This document shows, in pieces, positions 51,401 through 64,000 of a stretch of 64,000 bases of DNA. Location of the stretch: assembly GCA_964035545.1 (NCBI GenBank), contig OZ037766.1, forward strand, positions 19,704,767 through 19,768,766. Reading direction: 5' to 3'. A program made the translations under genes and the position numbers. The notes below the pieces were generated by a model that was not told where the DNA came from, did no database searches, and saw only the letters and a list, made by a program, of their open reading frames with translations. Each line of letters starts with the position of its first letter. The stretch's first letter is position 1. The stretch is from Bugula neritina (taxonomy: Eukaryota > Animalia > Bryozoa).

Positions 51401-52009
51401 TGACTTACTTAAATAATTTTAGCGTTCAATGAAAAAATGGACACATTTGATGGCCAGTATAAACTTAGAATAAATTTAAAAAATTTCATTATCTTTAACC
51501 TCAGTTATGTTGGCAGCGTTGTTAAATGTGAAAGCTCACTTATTTTTAAATGAGAGAGTTAGCCATGCATTATAAAAATTAATCACTCTAATCATCATAA
51601 ACTGAAGAAAATAACTGCAATATTTTTATTGACCCATTGCATATTGTCATTATTTTCTTTCGTTAGAATGAGGGCATTGTACTGTCATTTTATTGTTACC
51701 ATGTAGAACCTATATACAAAATAAATACAATTATTATATTTTATTTTGAATTTTTGTTAGATGACAAAATTTCTAAGAATTATGCGATCATAATATTTAG
51801 TTTAGAAAGTTGCACCTAAAGACAAAGAGACATAAGTAGCCTCTCTGCTCATCGAAATATAAATTCAAAATTTCTTATTAATGGTCTCTGTTTACAAGCT
51901 GACTTTACCTGCAAATCCAAGACTCTTCTAGTAAAGTTATTACGTTTTGGAATGCAATAATCAGTATAACAGAACATTATACTTTGTATAATAGATATGT
52001 ATCTTACGA

Positions 52010-52225
52010 GGGCAGCAGCCGTGCTCTAGGGGTTACCGTGTTTGGCTTAGTTAACACAAAGTCCTGGGTTAGAGCCCCAGTAAAGGCCATTAGTGATGTC
52101 AGGAAGAGCATCCAAACAAAATTGCTGCTGCGCCCCCATATAAATAAGTCCTTAGCCCACTTTAGAAAACCCTTTCTAGCAGCGTTTTTTTCACAGGGAT
52201 GGTAACTATAAGCTTGCGTGAGTAT
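52010..52225 (+). mobile_element. tRNA-derived SINE, full-length copy
   Basis: GGCAGCAGCCGTGCTCTAGGGGTT head (A-box-like), GGGTTAGAGCCCC (B-box-like), core GTGATGTCAGGAAGAGCATCC, and 3' TTTCACAGGGATGGTAACTATAAGCTTGCGTGAG; followed by (TAA)n. Confidence 0.82.
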
Positions 52226-52369
52226 ACGGCTTTAGTAAATAATAATAATAATACTATTATTATTATTATATGAACTTATGCCGTTAGAAGATGTAAAAAG
52301 ACGACAACTCCTTATAACACAAGACAACGGGGAGAAGCTTTAGTTCGCACACATGTGATTTTTAGGTTA

Positions 52370-53465
52370 CTAATGCTAATAGAGTATTAGTAATAGTTGG
52401 TAATCTGTTATCAGTGTAATGATAATGATTTATAATTATAACTGTGAATCTAAATGTCTTGTGGTGATATTATAACATATTATAATGATAAATCACAATG
52501 CTGTAAGTAGCGACAGTAACACTATTTTTAGTCTGTTTAAATTAATTTTTATTTTATTCTACTTACAGTTAGTGTTATTGTTAGTGAGTTACAGTTTCAG
52601 TTTGAGTTTGAGTTACACTTACACTTACTTTTAGTCCTGCTGTTACTGTTAGTGTTAGTGTTGAGTATAAATATATTTATTATTAATTAATATTTATTAT
52701 CAATCGCTATCAGTATCACTAACAGCAGGAATATCACTATCAATAATGTTTATCACATCATCAGTATCACTATCACTATGACTATCACTGGGACTATCAA
52801 TGGTTACATTTTGATTTACTAATTCTCATTAGTAATATTATGATTTATGATTATGAATATGATTATCATAACTATACCTAAGTGAGTATAAGTATCATTA
52901 TCATTATGGATTATATTTATGGTAATCATTATGATTATCATTATGATTATGATCATCACTCAATCTCTCCACTTCCAGTGATCTCAATCTTAGTAGTGAG
53001 ACGTACGTTTACTCCTAATTTCAGTCTTACTCTTACTCTTAGTCTAGACTCTAATGATTACATTTACTGTTAGTTTTGCTGATAGTGATCGTGATATTCA
53101 TACTCATACTCATAGTTATACTGATAGTCATAGTCATGCTCCTACTCAGTCTCATATTGATTGCATTTTGATTTTGGTTTACCTTAGTCAATAGTTGTAG
53201 TTTACGTTTTACTAGTAATTATCATTGTAAGTACTAGCAGTATTATTACCAGTCATTTTTTTTACTTTTTAGTATGACTAAGTATAATGCTGTGAGTATA
53301 GCTAAATCAAACTGGAGTAACTAGTAATTATTATTCTTATGAGAGTATTGTGACAAGTATCAGTATCTCTGTGTCAGTGTGCCTGAGGCGTGATCATGAA
53401 GTGGTGATGATGGTGAGGATGACAGGTTATCAATGTTAATTACAATGTTAATAGTATTATTATCA
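52370..53465. repeat. Low-complexity tract of decayed hexamer repeats upstream of the BACE gene
   Basis: Successive GTTAGT/TTTGAG, ATCACT, GATTAT, TCTTAC and TCATAC hexamer runs. Confidence 0.65.
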
Positions 53466-53806
53466 TAAAATTACCAGCCTAAATAACAAACAAATGTCAA
53501 TTTCATATTTTTCAAAAGCAAGACTGATAAATGCTGAGTTTTAAATAGAAAAAAATATTTAATGAGCAATAAATTTTTTTGTCAAAACCACAGTAAGCAA
53601 GTTAATCATAATGAAAAATTGTAGTTTGATGCATGAGTAACTTGTTACACATTATTGCAATTAAGATTTCCAGTTAGCAAGTTAGTAAGAACTTGCAAAA
53701 AACTTGATGGATTAGTTCTGACATTTAGAATAGTCTGATACAAGCACCTTATGTCCCAGGTTACTTATTACAGGGCCATGAAGAAGATGAGCTAGGAGTG
53801 AAAACA

Positions 53807-56800
53807 ATGATGCAATTGGTTCAAGATATATTACCACTTATGTGTTGTGTATTTATTTGCCACTCTGCTTCTGATGTATACCGGCTTCAGGGAAAACCAG
53901 CTGGTGGCTATTACATTGAGATAGAAATTGGTAATTTTTATCTGCATTTATAAAATTGGAATTACAAGATTAACAATAATGTTAGCATAGTAATTGTTGT
54001 CAAATGATAAAAATGAAACCAGTATGAAATTGGTACGCGTTATTTCAATAATGTACGGGTGCTTACAGGAATATTAATAAGTAGATTTTACCAAATCTAA
54101 TATTTATTGATTCAACTTTGACAGCTTTTCTAAAGCTAAATTTTAATATCATATACATTCACTAAATGCACTCCGTTTATAAAAGAACATAACCTTAAGA
54201 ACATTTGAAGTCTTGCATGTTTACTAACTACTTAATTATTCACAATCACATAAATTCATTTGCATATACCAAGTATATACCAATATGAATATAGTTTTTT
54301 CTAGTTAAATACAGTCAATTACTAATATACCTTATTCTGTTTTATAGCCAATTGTATAGTGAAACAATGCTAATTCAGACATTTTTGGGTGTATGTTAAT
54401 AAACTGTAGAATATTACAATTTATAAAAAAGATAAACCCCATTCTAAAATGAACTACTAATAGTTGAAAAGAAAAACATTATTTTTGCAGTATTACATCT
54501 GTATGTAATCCAGTTTATTCATCTGATTACTAGGAACACCACCACAGTTGTTTAATGTGTTACTCGACACTGGGAGTAGTAACTTTGCCATTGCCTCTTC
54601 TCACAACCCATTTCTGTCAACATACTTTGACTCTTCTAAGTCTACTAGTTTCACAACTTCAGGCCAAAGTATACAAGTCAATTACACCCAGGGACATTGG
54701 AAAGGCATTGTAGGTATGTCGTAATACTTGGTAACTTTGCTGCTTGAAACTAAAACTATGTATTTCAAGCTTCCAGTGTTGGCTACGTGAGTTTATATAT
54801 TTTTGTTGTACTTTGAATTGTGTGTTTTTATTTCATGACTGTCATAAAGGGAGCTTTCCAATATTACACATATAATTTAAATTTTGTTTTATCTTTAAAA
54901 TTGTTGTTGAAAACTTGGCAGTGCTCAGCTGTAGCAAATTGTAGCAATTTTCATAGCAAGTTTAGCAAGCAGTTATATCGAGTTTGTTTCGTATGAATGA
55001 GCTATTACAATATCCTATGCTGCATAATTTCTTTTTGTATTCTAACATGTAACCCTTCCACTCTCCAACAGGAAGTGATGTAATAAACTTTGCCGGAGGT
55101 AACCTTACAGCAGTTCGTGCTAGCATATCTCTCATACAGGAGAGTAGAGAGTTTTTTGAGAACGGATCTCAGTGGCAAGGCATCTTGGGCTTAGCTTACC
55201 AAAGTATAGCCATATCTCCTGATGGTTATCAGCCAACTCTGCTGTTAAACTCCCTGGCTCTCTCTGGCATGTTCTAATTTAGTTTTCTCTTGAGTATAAT
55301 TTTGTTAAATAAACGCAAAATTTTAGAATGGTTGAAAAACCCTAACTCAAATCATTGCTTGGCAACTCCGTAACAATTTGGTCTTGCTTTATTAATTTTT
55401 ATATTTTTTTATATTTTATGGTAGTCACAAAAGGTTCTCAACACAACTCATATATATAACGTTAGACATGTGTTTATAATTGTAAGATAGTGCAAAGACA
55501 TAAAGATAAGACAGTATAATAAATATATGTAATCATTTCTCCGATCAATTTTTTTGTTCTAAACATCGCTAACCTACTTTCCAAATCTGCTTTTGTGAAT
55601 TTTGAGAAACTAGTATTTTTATTCCTTAATAGGTCAAGTGCCCAATAGTTTCTCAATGCAATTATGTGGGCCAAGAGATGTTTCAGATAATGACGATGTA
55701 GCCACTGGAGGTAACTTTACTTTGGGAGATGTGGATCATACACAATATACAGGCAGTTTGTACTCAGTCTTAGTTGTAAAGGAGCGATATTACCAGCTTC
55801 TAATTACTGACATCAAGGTATTGCACTACTGACAATTTTGAACATTTGGCTGTTGCTAATATTATTTCGCTATTTCTAAAAGCAACATATATGAAAATAT
55901 GTGCATTTACTTGACAGTTTCCCTACTTTTTCAAACGTCAAGTTAAATTTCTATGCTAAAATATTATTGGGATGTGACAATGCTCTTGCGTTGTAATACT
56001 TTTTAAATTAATGCTGGCTTTATCTCTCTAATTTTGGTTTTTAGCAAAGTCTATTCAGCTCAAGTTCTTGTCTATTTGCCATTAGCTCAGTTTTAGCTTT
56101 TTAATATACTAGAGCTTTGTTTAATATTGGGTTATAACTAGTACAGTGCAATGTCTACTGAGAATTAGGAAGCTCAACTATTGAGTTACTAATTCTTATA
56201 GGTGGGGAATACTTCTCTTGGTGTTGAATGTACAGAGTTAAACAAGGATAAAACAATTCTTGATAGTGGCACAACTAACCTCAGACTCCCTACCAAAGTC
56301 TATTCTAAATTCATAGAAATGCTTAAACTAAAGGTAAGTTTTATTACAACTAAAGCTAGCTTTGGATTGGGAATTTAAATTAACTATTTAAAACAGGTGC
56401 TCATGTATAGAATTCCACAGAGTATAAACATTGTTGCTGTGCCCTGAGTTATACTTGTAATTTCCCAGTTCCTTTTACTACTAAATTGTGTAAATCATTA
56501 CTACTAGTACTGGTTGGGTTTAAACTATTTCTTCAATTAGTAATCTTGTTTATTGTAGCACTTTTGATTCATCACTTAACTAATGTATACATGTGTACGA
56601 TATGCTTGCATGTGTGTTTTGATTTATTATTATTTTATTATGTAGTATGCATGCACATAATATCCATATACACGCTCACGCACATATATTTTTTTTAATT
56701 GGGTCATTTTACTTAATTTAGTACACACTGGATATCTTCAATTTTTAGCTATTTTTCACAATTTAACTGCTAATGGACATGGGTTTTTTGGCCAAAACTA

Positions 56801-58623
56801 GTAAAACACCAATAAGTACACCTAAATAATCAAAGTTCTTTTTAATTTTGCTTCATTTCCCATGTTTTTTCCTAATTATTCAGCTACTTTTGGTTGCGGA
56901 CTGTTACGGTTTTTTCGTAACGGTCCGCACTTCTAATAAGCTAAATATATAAGAAAAAACATGGGAAATCAAGCAAAATTAAGAAGAACCTTAATTGTTT
57001 TGGTATATTTATTGGTGCTTTACTAGTTTTGGGCAAAAAGTCATGTTCATTACCAACTAAATTGTGAAAAATAGCTGAAAACCGAAGATATCCAGTGTGT
57101 ACTAAATTAAGTAAAATGATATAATTTATTTTAGTCAAACATTAGTAACTTGGGTGATGCATTTTGGTATGGGACAGACTTGGCTTGCTTCAATCATAGT
57201 AACGATGACAGCTCTTTCTACAATCAGTTTCCGGTGATAAATCTACACATACTTAGCACCGCCCAACAGGAAGTGGTTCTCTATGTTTCTCCCGTGCAGT
57301 ACCTTAGACCTGTACCCCCACTGACCTCTACAGATAAGGATTGCTATAAGGTGGCCGTCGCTAGCTCTTCTGCTGGAACAGTTATAGGTAAGTCTGAGAC
57401 AGGTACCTGCCATAACCAACCCCTCAGGGACTAACTAGTAACTAGCCATTCATATTTATTTACACTAATGCATAAAAATAATGCATCTAAAATACGGTTT
57501 AGAGAAAAACCAAATATTATTTTATTGTAATAAACTAGTTGGACATATAAGGTGGCAAGGATGTATGCCCTGTGTGTACAATAGTATGGCTAATCTAAGT
57601 GCAAGGTCTGAGAGTCCGCTACCAGTTGCTACCCCTGGCACTGAGGCTATGCCACATCATCTAGTGAGGGCTGTATTTTGAGCATTATACATCATTACAA
57701 CTCTCTAGTTGAGATAGAAAAGTATTCTGAAGTTGGGCCAACTGGTATTCAACCTACCTCTCAGTGCAGATGTTGTTGTGGATAATCGAAGGAATAAGTG
57801 TGAAAATCATGTGATGTAAGCTAACTGTTTTATAGAATTCAATATAGTGAACTATCTTATCCAAGGAAGAGCTACATAAATGCGTAGCTATACATTTGAT
57901 AGATGAGTAGGGTGTTGGGTTGTTTATTCAGGGACCAGAAGGTGTTGGGAAGAGTTTGTGAATATTATTCTAATGATTTGTTCTGAACGGCAACGGTTTT
58001 ATTTTGATATTTTAGACGATCATTGCCCCCTGTTTCAACACAATATTGTATTTTACCCTGTATATCAAATAGATATAAAGTAAAAATAGACCTATTTATA
58101 ATTAATTATTGATTTTCATCAGTCTATCTTTGGCATACTATAATTAAGATAGTTTTTAGTATATCTTTTTGTATTGATGTCATTATAACTGTTCAACATC
58201 TTGCAGATACATTTACCTCCCCTTCATCTTATCATAGAGTTATCAAGCTTTATATTTGTCTCGCTTGTTTTAGGTGCTGTTATCATGGAGGGCTATTTTG
58301 CTTACTTTGACCGGGAGAATGGATCAGTGCTTCTTGCTGAAACTACTTGTAGTCCAAGAATCCCTTCTGTTCAGCCCAGTGCAATAGTTGGGTATTTTCC
58401 CAGTTCTAACACTTCCAGTTGTATGTATGTTGCAAAACACAACAAGGTTTTACCTACTTACGCAATTGTACTAATAGTTGTAGTTTCTCTTATTCTTGTT
58501 GTACTACTTTCTCTTCTGATAATTAATTTAATATGCAAACTTAAGCACAGGAGGCGACGGAGAATGCAATCTGATACTAACTTCTATAACTTAGTAGACA
58601 ATAGTTTTGATACTGAATATTAA
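53807..58623 (+). CDS. BACE1: Beta-secretase (BACE/memapsin)-family membrane-anchored aspartic protease
   Basis: Exons 53807-53930, 54534-54713, 55072-55266, 55633-55817, 56202-56333, 57135-57387 and 58274-58623, all in phase. Motifs GYYIEIEIGTPPQ, catalytic DTGSSNFA and DSGTTNLRLP, flap YTQGHWKG, WQGILGLAY, FSMQLCG, QYLRPV and GTVIGAVIMEGY..FDR. All six BACE disulfide Cys are present, plus a C-terminal TM. The gene is probably co-orthologous to vertebrate BACE1 and BACE2. Confidence 0.93.
56704..57119. mobile_element. Foldback/MITE-like element with ~165-bp imperfect inverted arms and a central GC-rich hairpin, in BACE intron 5
   Basis: Left arm TCATTTTACTTAATTTAGTACACACTGGATATCTTC...TTTCCCATGTTTTTT mirrors right arm AAAAAACATGGGAAA...GAAGATATCCAGTGTGTACTAAATTAAGTAAAATGA. 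Centre GCGGACTGTTACG-gttttt-TCGTAACGGTCCGC. Confidence 0.85.
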
Positions 58624-60314
58624 ATTACTGCTTAGATGTAGTGATTGTCTTTGCTATAAGCTCATATAATTTACATGTTGGAGTTTTAGCTTGGGGTCGT
58701 CTCTTAAATTTAATAAAATTACAATCTATTTCATAGTATTTTTGCTAAGAGTATGTTATGCTTTCAATCAAATAATATGTTTTTTATTTTCTTGCTGAGT
58801 TTCCAATGTTCTATTTATTAGCTCTTTTATATGTAGTTTTATGACTTAGACAGCTTATTGCTGAATACTGAATCATCAATGTTTTTAGGGAGATACGTGC
58901 TTTGGTGCTTAACTTGGCAGAGCTGTATCTCAACACGGTTATTTGTTTTTATCATCTTTTTCCAATATTTGTTTAAATTACATGTTATTTATGGATATAC
59001 TTCTTTCTAGTCTTCTATCTTTCTTGCCATGCTACCAATGGGTTTTAACTTTGATAAGTCTTTTTTAATTATTGTGAGATGTTTGAATAAAAAGCAATCA
59101 GCGAGTTGTGTGCAGTTTCCAATATTAATCCGTTCACTGGCCACTCACCAGAACTGCTCTTTGAATTGTATCTTTTGAAGAAACTGGCTGATACGTAAGT
59201 AATATAGTATTATGTAATCTCAATATGAATTTTCTCTGCATTTCAATTTAAAAAGAGTAATAGCTTATTGATTTATTTCTCTGGCTTTCTTTTATGTAGA
59301 ATTTTCAATTAAAGTAAGGTTTAATGTATTTTGTCAAATCGATTCCAGGGAAGTGAAATGTTTTGATTAGTTTTGAGATTTTGTGATTTAAAGTTTTACT
59401 GCTTTCAGGTTCTGTTTGCAGTTGCTGCTCTTCACAGTTGGCAGGTAAAATTCTTTACTTCTGTTTTGTAAACTTGATTTTACTTTAAAATATCTCTCTT
59501 TCAAATAAATGAGTTTAGCACATTTTTACTACTACATTTGTTTAGGAATTATTTTCTTGTTAGTAGTTAAAGCTTTAGCATGCAAAATATTGTTTCTTTT
59601 ATTAATGTGCACTTTGAAACTTGTAGGTTTCTTCTTTTGCTGTATGAGTGAGCTTTCATTACATCTAACTAACCACAGTAAGTTACTAACCCACTTCTAC
59701 TTTTTTCTCACTTAGTTACACTGTCTTCTTTATTGTGATAATTGCTCTTATTCTCAGTCCGAGTTACTCATTAGCTAATATAGTGTAAATAGACACATGC
59801 ATTATTTATGATCAGTGTTTTTATCTTATTCTTAGCGTCGTATTTGTATCTTCAGTTTGACTGGTGCTGTGTTCTTCTGACCTCGTCACTACTTTATTCA
59901 GTGGTTGTTGCTAGTGTATGGCGTGTCTCTGGGTTGTTAACACTTCCGTTTCAATTCCATTCCAATCCAATAGTTGCGTACCTTGTTAATGCTTACCTGT
60001 CTACAATATAATGCATTATATGAAGTGAATGGTTACTTTATCACTTTCTACTTGTAGTTTAGAAAGCAAATTGAAGCTGTTTTAAGTTATCAATATTTCT
60101 GACACCTCTATATTTTGCATTCAAACCTGCACTAAAAACTTGAAGGTGCAATTTTTTACCCTCTTATTATCTATTGTATATAGAATTTTACCATTGTCTA
60201 TTATTTCTAAGTGATTGTTAAATTGTGTTTTTGTTTCAAATGGCCATTATAATTTCTGTGCAGTAAATATAATGTAACAGAAAGTTATCAATATTTTGTG
60301 TTTTGCATATAGGT

Positions 60315-63117
60315 ATGAATGTGATGTCAGCTCATATGTCGTTCACATTCTTGCTGACTTTCAGCTTGTGCTTTTCATTGGCTACAGCTGCTGATTTACC
60401 GCAGGTTAGTGATTTAACTTGATTATAAATAATGTTAATGCATTTCTAATTTTATAAATCACTTGCTTTTTAGGCTTTCTAGTTTTATTGTCAGCTAATG
60501 CAAGCAATCTTTATCTGTTGAAATATACATTTTTTGTTCACAGATTTGGAAAAAGTACTAGAATTATCTTACAAGAATAAAAAGTTATTTGCTTTTCTCA
60601 ATTGTTTGCCAGGCCTAGCAGGCTTGTAATATAATTCATGTGATACTTCAGATCAATATCCCCATACTTTTATTGTAAAACATTTTCATTTCACAGGAAT
60701 AAATGTTTGAGATAAATGAGTGTAAATATTTAAAGGATGAGGTTAGTAACATGTGAGCAACAAATAACTCAACATGAAGATCACACAATATTTTTCCTTT
60801 GCAGTTATGTGATAAAGATTTTTTACCTAACGCTACATAGAGTGGAAAATGCTGCACTTGTTATCAAAAGTGATGTTTTACACTTTGAAAGACGAGCTTT
60901 ACACCTAAGCACTTGCAATAATAATAATTTGTAGTTTGAGACAGTTAGATAATCCTGGTTAGATCTAATGAACTTCTGCAGTGCAAGATCAATATAAAAT
61001 CCTACATACATTTTCGATTTTAAATATGACCCAAACAAATTACGAGTGCTGTAAGTGGAAATGATAGTTTTGAATAATCATAGATTGCTAAAAATGTTAG
61101 TCTACCAAACTACAAAAATGCTTTTATGTTTCAAAATATGCTTTGAGCTTGATTTAGTGCTTGGTATCTTCTATGCGATGTGGTTTCCACTTGAAAGTGC
61201 AAAAAATTGATATCAAGCATTGCATTACAAAGTTTATCATGCTATAACATTATAACATTAAGTTTCAGAATAGCCATACCCTAAAGTACAATTTACTCAT
61301 TTATTTTTTTGTTTCAAACGATATTTTACAGTAGTGTGCATTTAATTGTTTTTTGTAGCTCAATGTTACTCTACCAGTGGATAAAGTAAAGTTTGGGATC
61401 ACTACTCACCCCCACAATATGACCTTTATGAAATATGGAGATGCCCTGACTACACTTGCTCAAGTAGTGTTTCCCCCTGGAGATACAAACAACATGACCT
61501 TTGAGGTAACATTTATAGTGTGAAACCAGGTGATAGTGTGAGTAAGAAACAGTCATGTCTAATGGAAACCTCATTCAGCTATAGTGCACTATCATAAGTC
61601 TTGGGCACAAATCTTAGAACAAGTCACCACCTTAATTTTATAATAGATTTTAATCTAGCAAATATTTTTCTTCAAGTGTTCAGGCTACGCTCATCTAGTT
61701 TTTTCTAAACAACTGTTGATGAATTGTTTGTTTGCCCTACTGTATAATTCTCTATTGGTTTTACTCTGTACTGCGTTCTGCTTAGGAAAATAGTTTTTCT
61801 TTTATAATTTATATTTGAGTGACCCATTTTTTAGCAAGTCGATAGCAAATTTGTAAATCTTTGTATGCATCACTACAGCTGATGTTTTATTGTGCAATTA
61901 TTTGTGCACTATAATCATGTCTGTGTTATAGATCTTTCTGTTTGGAGAGGAGCCTTTTGCAGTGGAGCTTGTAGATTTCCGAGTACTGTCAGTTGGGAGT
62001 TGCTTGACCATGTCAGCTGGGACAATGAAGGACATAAATGATGCAGTGATTAGGAAAACCCATACCAATGCAACATGTGTAAATATTTTTATTAGCTTTT
62101 CTGTATTGTACTGTCTCATTATTTATATATAGTCATTCATTTTAATACTTCACATTATATGCCATAGTTAAAGGGTTTTAATGAATGTATTTAGTAAATA
62201 AAAGTGAATAATTTTGTCACATTAAAAATTTTAGTTTTTAACTTCTTTCATTGCTGAAAAATAAAATAGGGATTTTCATTTCATCCTTCGATTTGGCATA
62301 GTAAAAGGTTGCATTTGTGTAAGGGCTGTATGATAGATTTTCAACATTGAGACATTTATACATAGATGTGAACACACTTTAATATTATTTACATTGACAT
62401 CACCATTATGCAAAAGCCTTTATGTCGACCTAAGCATGTATAAATCATGTCATCAGTTTAAGGGCTAAATCTTTAGAACTGTAAAATTGGTTAAACTAAT
62501 GCTGGGATAATTGCAAAATAGTTTTATTCACCCAACAAATAATGATGCAAATATCTTCTTCACAAAAGTGCAGATCACACCATGCAAGTACTGGTAAGCT
62601 AATATTTTAAAAGTTTGGAAAATTGGTAATTATATTTATGAAGCTCCTACAGCTAGATGCAATAGTAATTAAAGTTGATGTATTACAACTGTACCTAGAT
62701 AAGAAGGCTCTTATGCTGTGCCATCACCCATATTACTTGGTTAGTTATAGAATGCATCTATGACAATCTTTTCTATCTATGGCATATAGGATTGCCTCTA
62801 TTTTTTTTATAAAATGTGAAATCAACAGTATAATAAAGTGAAGTTTGTAGTAAAATTGCATGGTGTTGTTTTAATATTTCCATTATGTGATTAAAGTTTC
62901 CCAGTTCTTCAAATATGAAAATTTCTCAGATGCTGTTTTGTCTAACCTGCTAAAGATATTTTATTCAGTATGAAACTGCCTTCATGTTTCTTGGGAGCTC
63001 CACAAATGACGCAGCTTGCGTTGATGACCTGAACCTGGACGAAGTGTCTCTCACCTTTACATACAGTGTCTTGATGTCCAAGTCTGAATTCACCGGCTAC
63101 AATAACAGCAACTTTAG
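60315..63117 (+). CDS. Uncharacterised secreted/extracellular glycoprotein, 5' part (continues beyond window)
   Basis: Exons 60315-60404 (signal MSAHMSFTFLLTFSLCFSLATA-ADLPQ), 61359-61505, 61932-62078 and 62969-63117, all in frame with AG/GT boundaries. Several N-glycosylation sequons (NVT, NMT x2, NAT, NNS). No stop inside the window. None of these exons appears in the ORF track. Confidence 0.8.
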
Positions 63118-64000
63118 GTACTCTCTTTATTCTGTTAAATCTAGAACATAATCTAAGAGTGGTTGTTCTAGGTGGGTAGAGAAGTCTCTCTCTAATGAGA
63201 ATGAGCTGTATAGGTTCACTAAATAAAATTTAACTAATTGCAACTGATGAGCGGCATATGCTGGTCTTATCTGCCATTAATCTAGTTGCTATGGACAGCC
63301 TAAGGCTATGCTAAAATTTGCAACTTAAGGGATTTTCGTTTCATATATCATATAATGAATTTATTCATATTGGTTTAGACTTAAGAGTGTGACTAGTCAT
63401 GTTGTGTTCCTGAATGATTAAGGATTGTTAGCAAGAGAAAGTTTTAAGCTGCAAAGGCAAGATATAGGCAGTCCTGAGTTATATTGGCTTAGTTTTATGT
63501 TTCATGTATTTTTTAGCCTAGTTTGTGGGTCAGCATATATGAATTATGCTAGGATTTGGATTGTGGCTGAGACACTGGTTCTCCATTATGCTAATGAAAC
63601 ATACTCGGTATGTACAAATATATTCTGTGTAAAGGTACAGACATTATTCCACATTATTTAATGTTATGTAAGCATTTCAATACTGACGAGTGAGAGAGTG
63701 AGTTGGAAACTAGTTTCTGGAGTTTAGTTATCTTACAAAGGCAAAACTACATTACAATATTTAGTTGCAAATTAAGTGGAAGTCTAAAATTTGATAAAAT
63801 GAAGTAAAAGAATTAAATATGAAGCGCTCTTGAACTATGAGATTTTATTTTATAGTTTGATAGCGTCTGCACTGATTTGTTCAGACCTGTGTTTTAAATT
63901 ATACAGTTTTGACTTGTATAATCGGACGTTTTCAGATACATGTGTATTTTTTATTAGTAGGGTTGTACAATGATTTAGTTACTACTGGGAAAAATCTTAG

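Noticed and set aside
1-64000. CRISPR arrays, operons, rRNA or other prokaryotic systems
   Set aside because: No repeat-spacer arrays or dense ORF packing; the window is spliceosomal-intron eukaryotic DNA.

Overview
AT-rich, intron-containing animal genomic DNA with GT-AG splicing, microsatellites, tRNA-type SINEs and MITEs. The gene content suggests an invertebrate, possibly a lophotrochozoan (inference only). No prokaryotic operons, rRNA, intact tRNA or CRISPR were found. I assembled exons by hand with splice-phase checks and found seven probable genes. (1) A small basic single-exon ORF at 8036-8383 (+). (2) A disordered protein with a conserved-looking C-terminal helix, exons 11100-14011 (+), 5' end unresolved. 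(3) A divergent BMP/ADMP-type TGF-beta ligand at 15326-21117 (-). (4) An unrecognised secreted Cys-containing protein at about 23880-39256 (-), with a 15-nt microexon and an upstream X-box/CCAAT/CRE motif cluster. (5) A 9-exon LRR type-I membrane receptor at 43998-49153 (-); its TIR-less tail has 12 tyrosines including ITAM-like pairs. (6) A BACE-family aspartic protease at 53807-58623 (+), with a likely GC-AG intron and apparently no propeptide. (7) The 5' part of a secreted glycoprotein from 60315 (+), continuing past the window. Mobile DNA includes a decayed pogo-like transposon, a tRNA-derived SINE family, and hAT-, piggyBac- and foldback-type MITEs. A heavily decayed segment at about 6100-6570 may be a RAG1-like transposase remnant. 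The best leads are the LRR receptor with its phosphotyrosine tail and the putative RAG1-like fossil.
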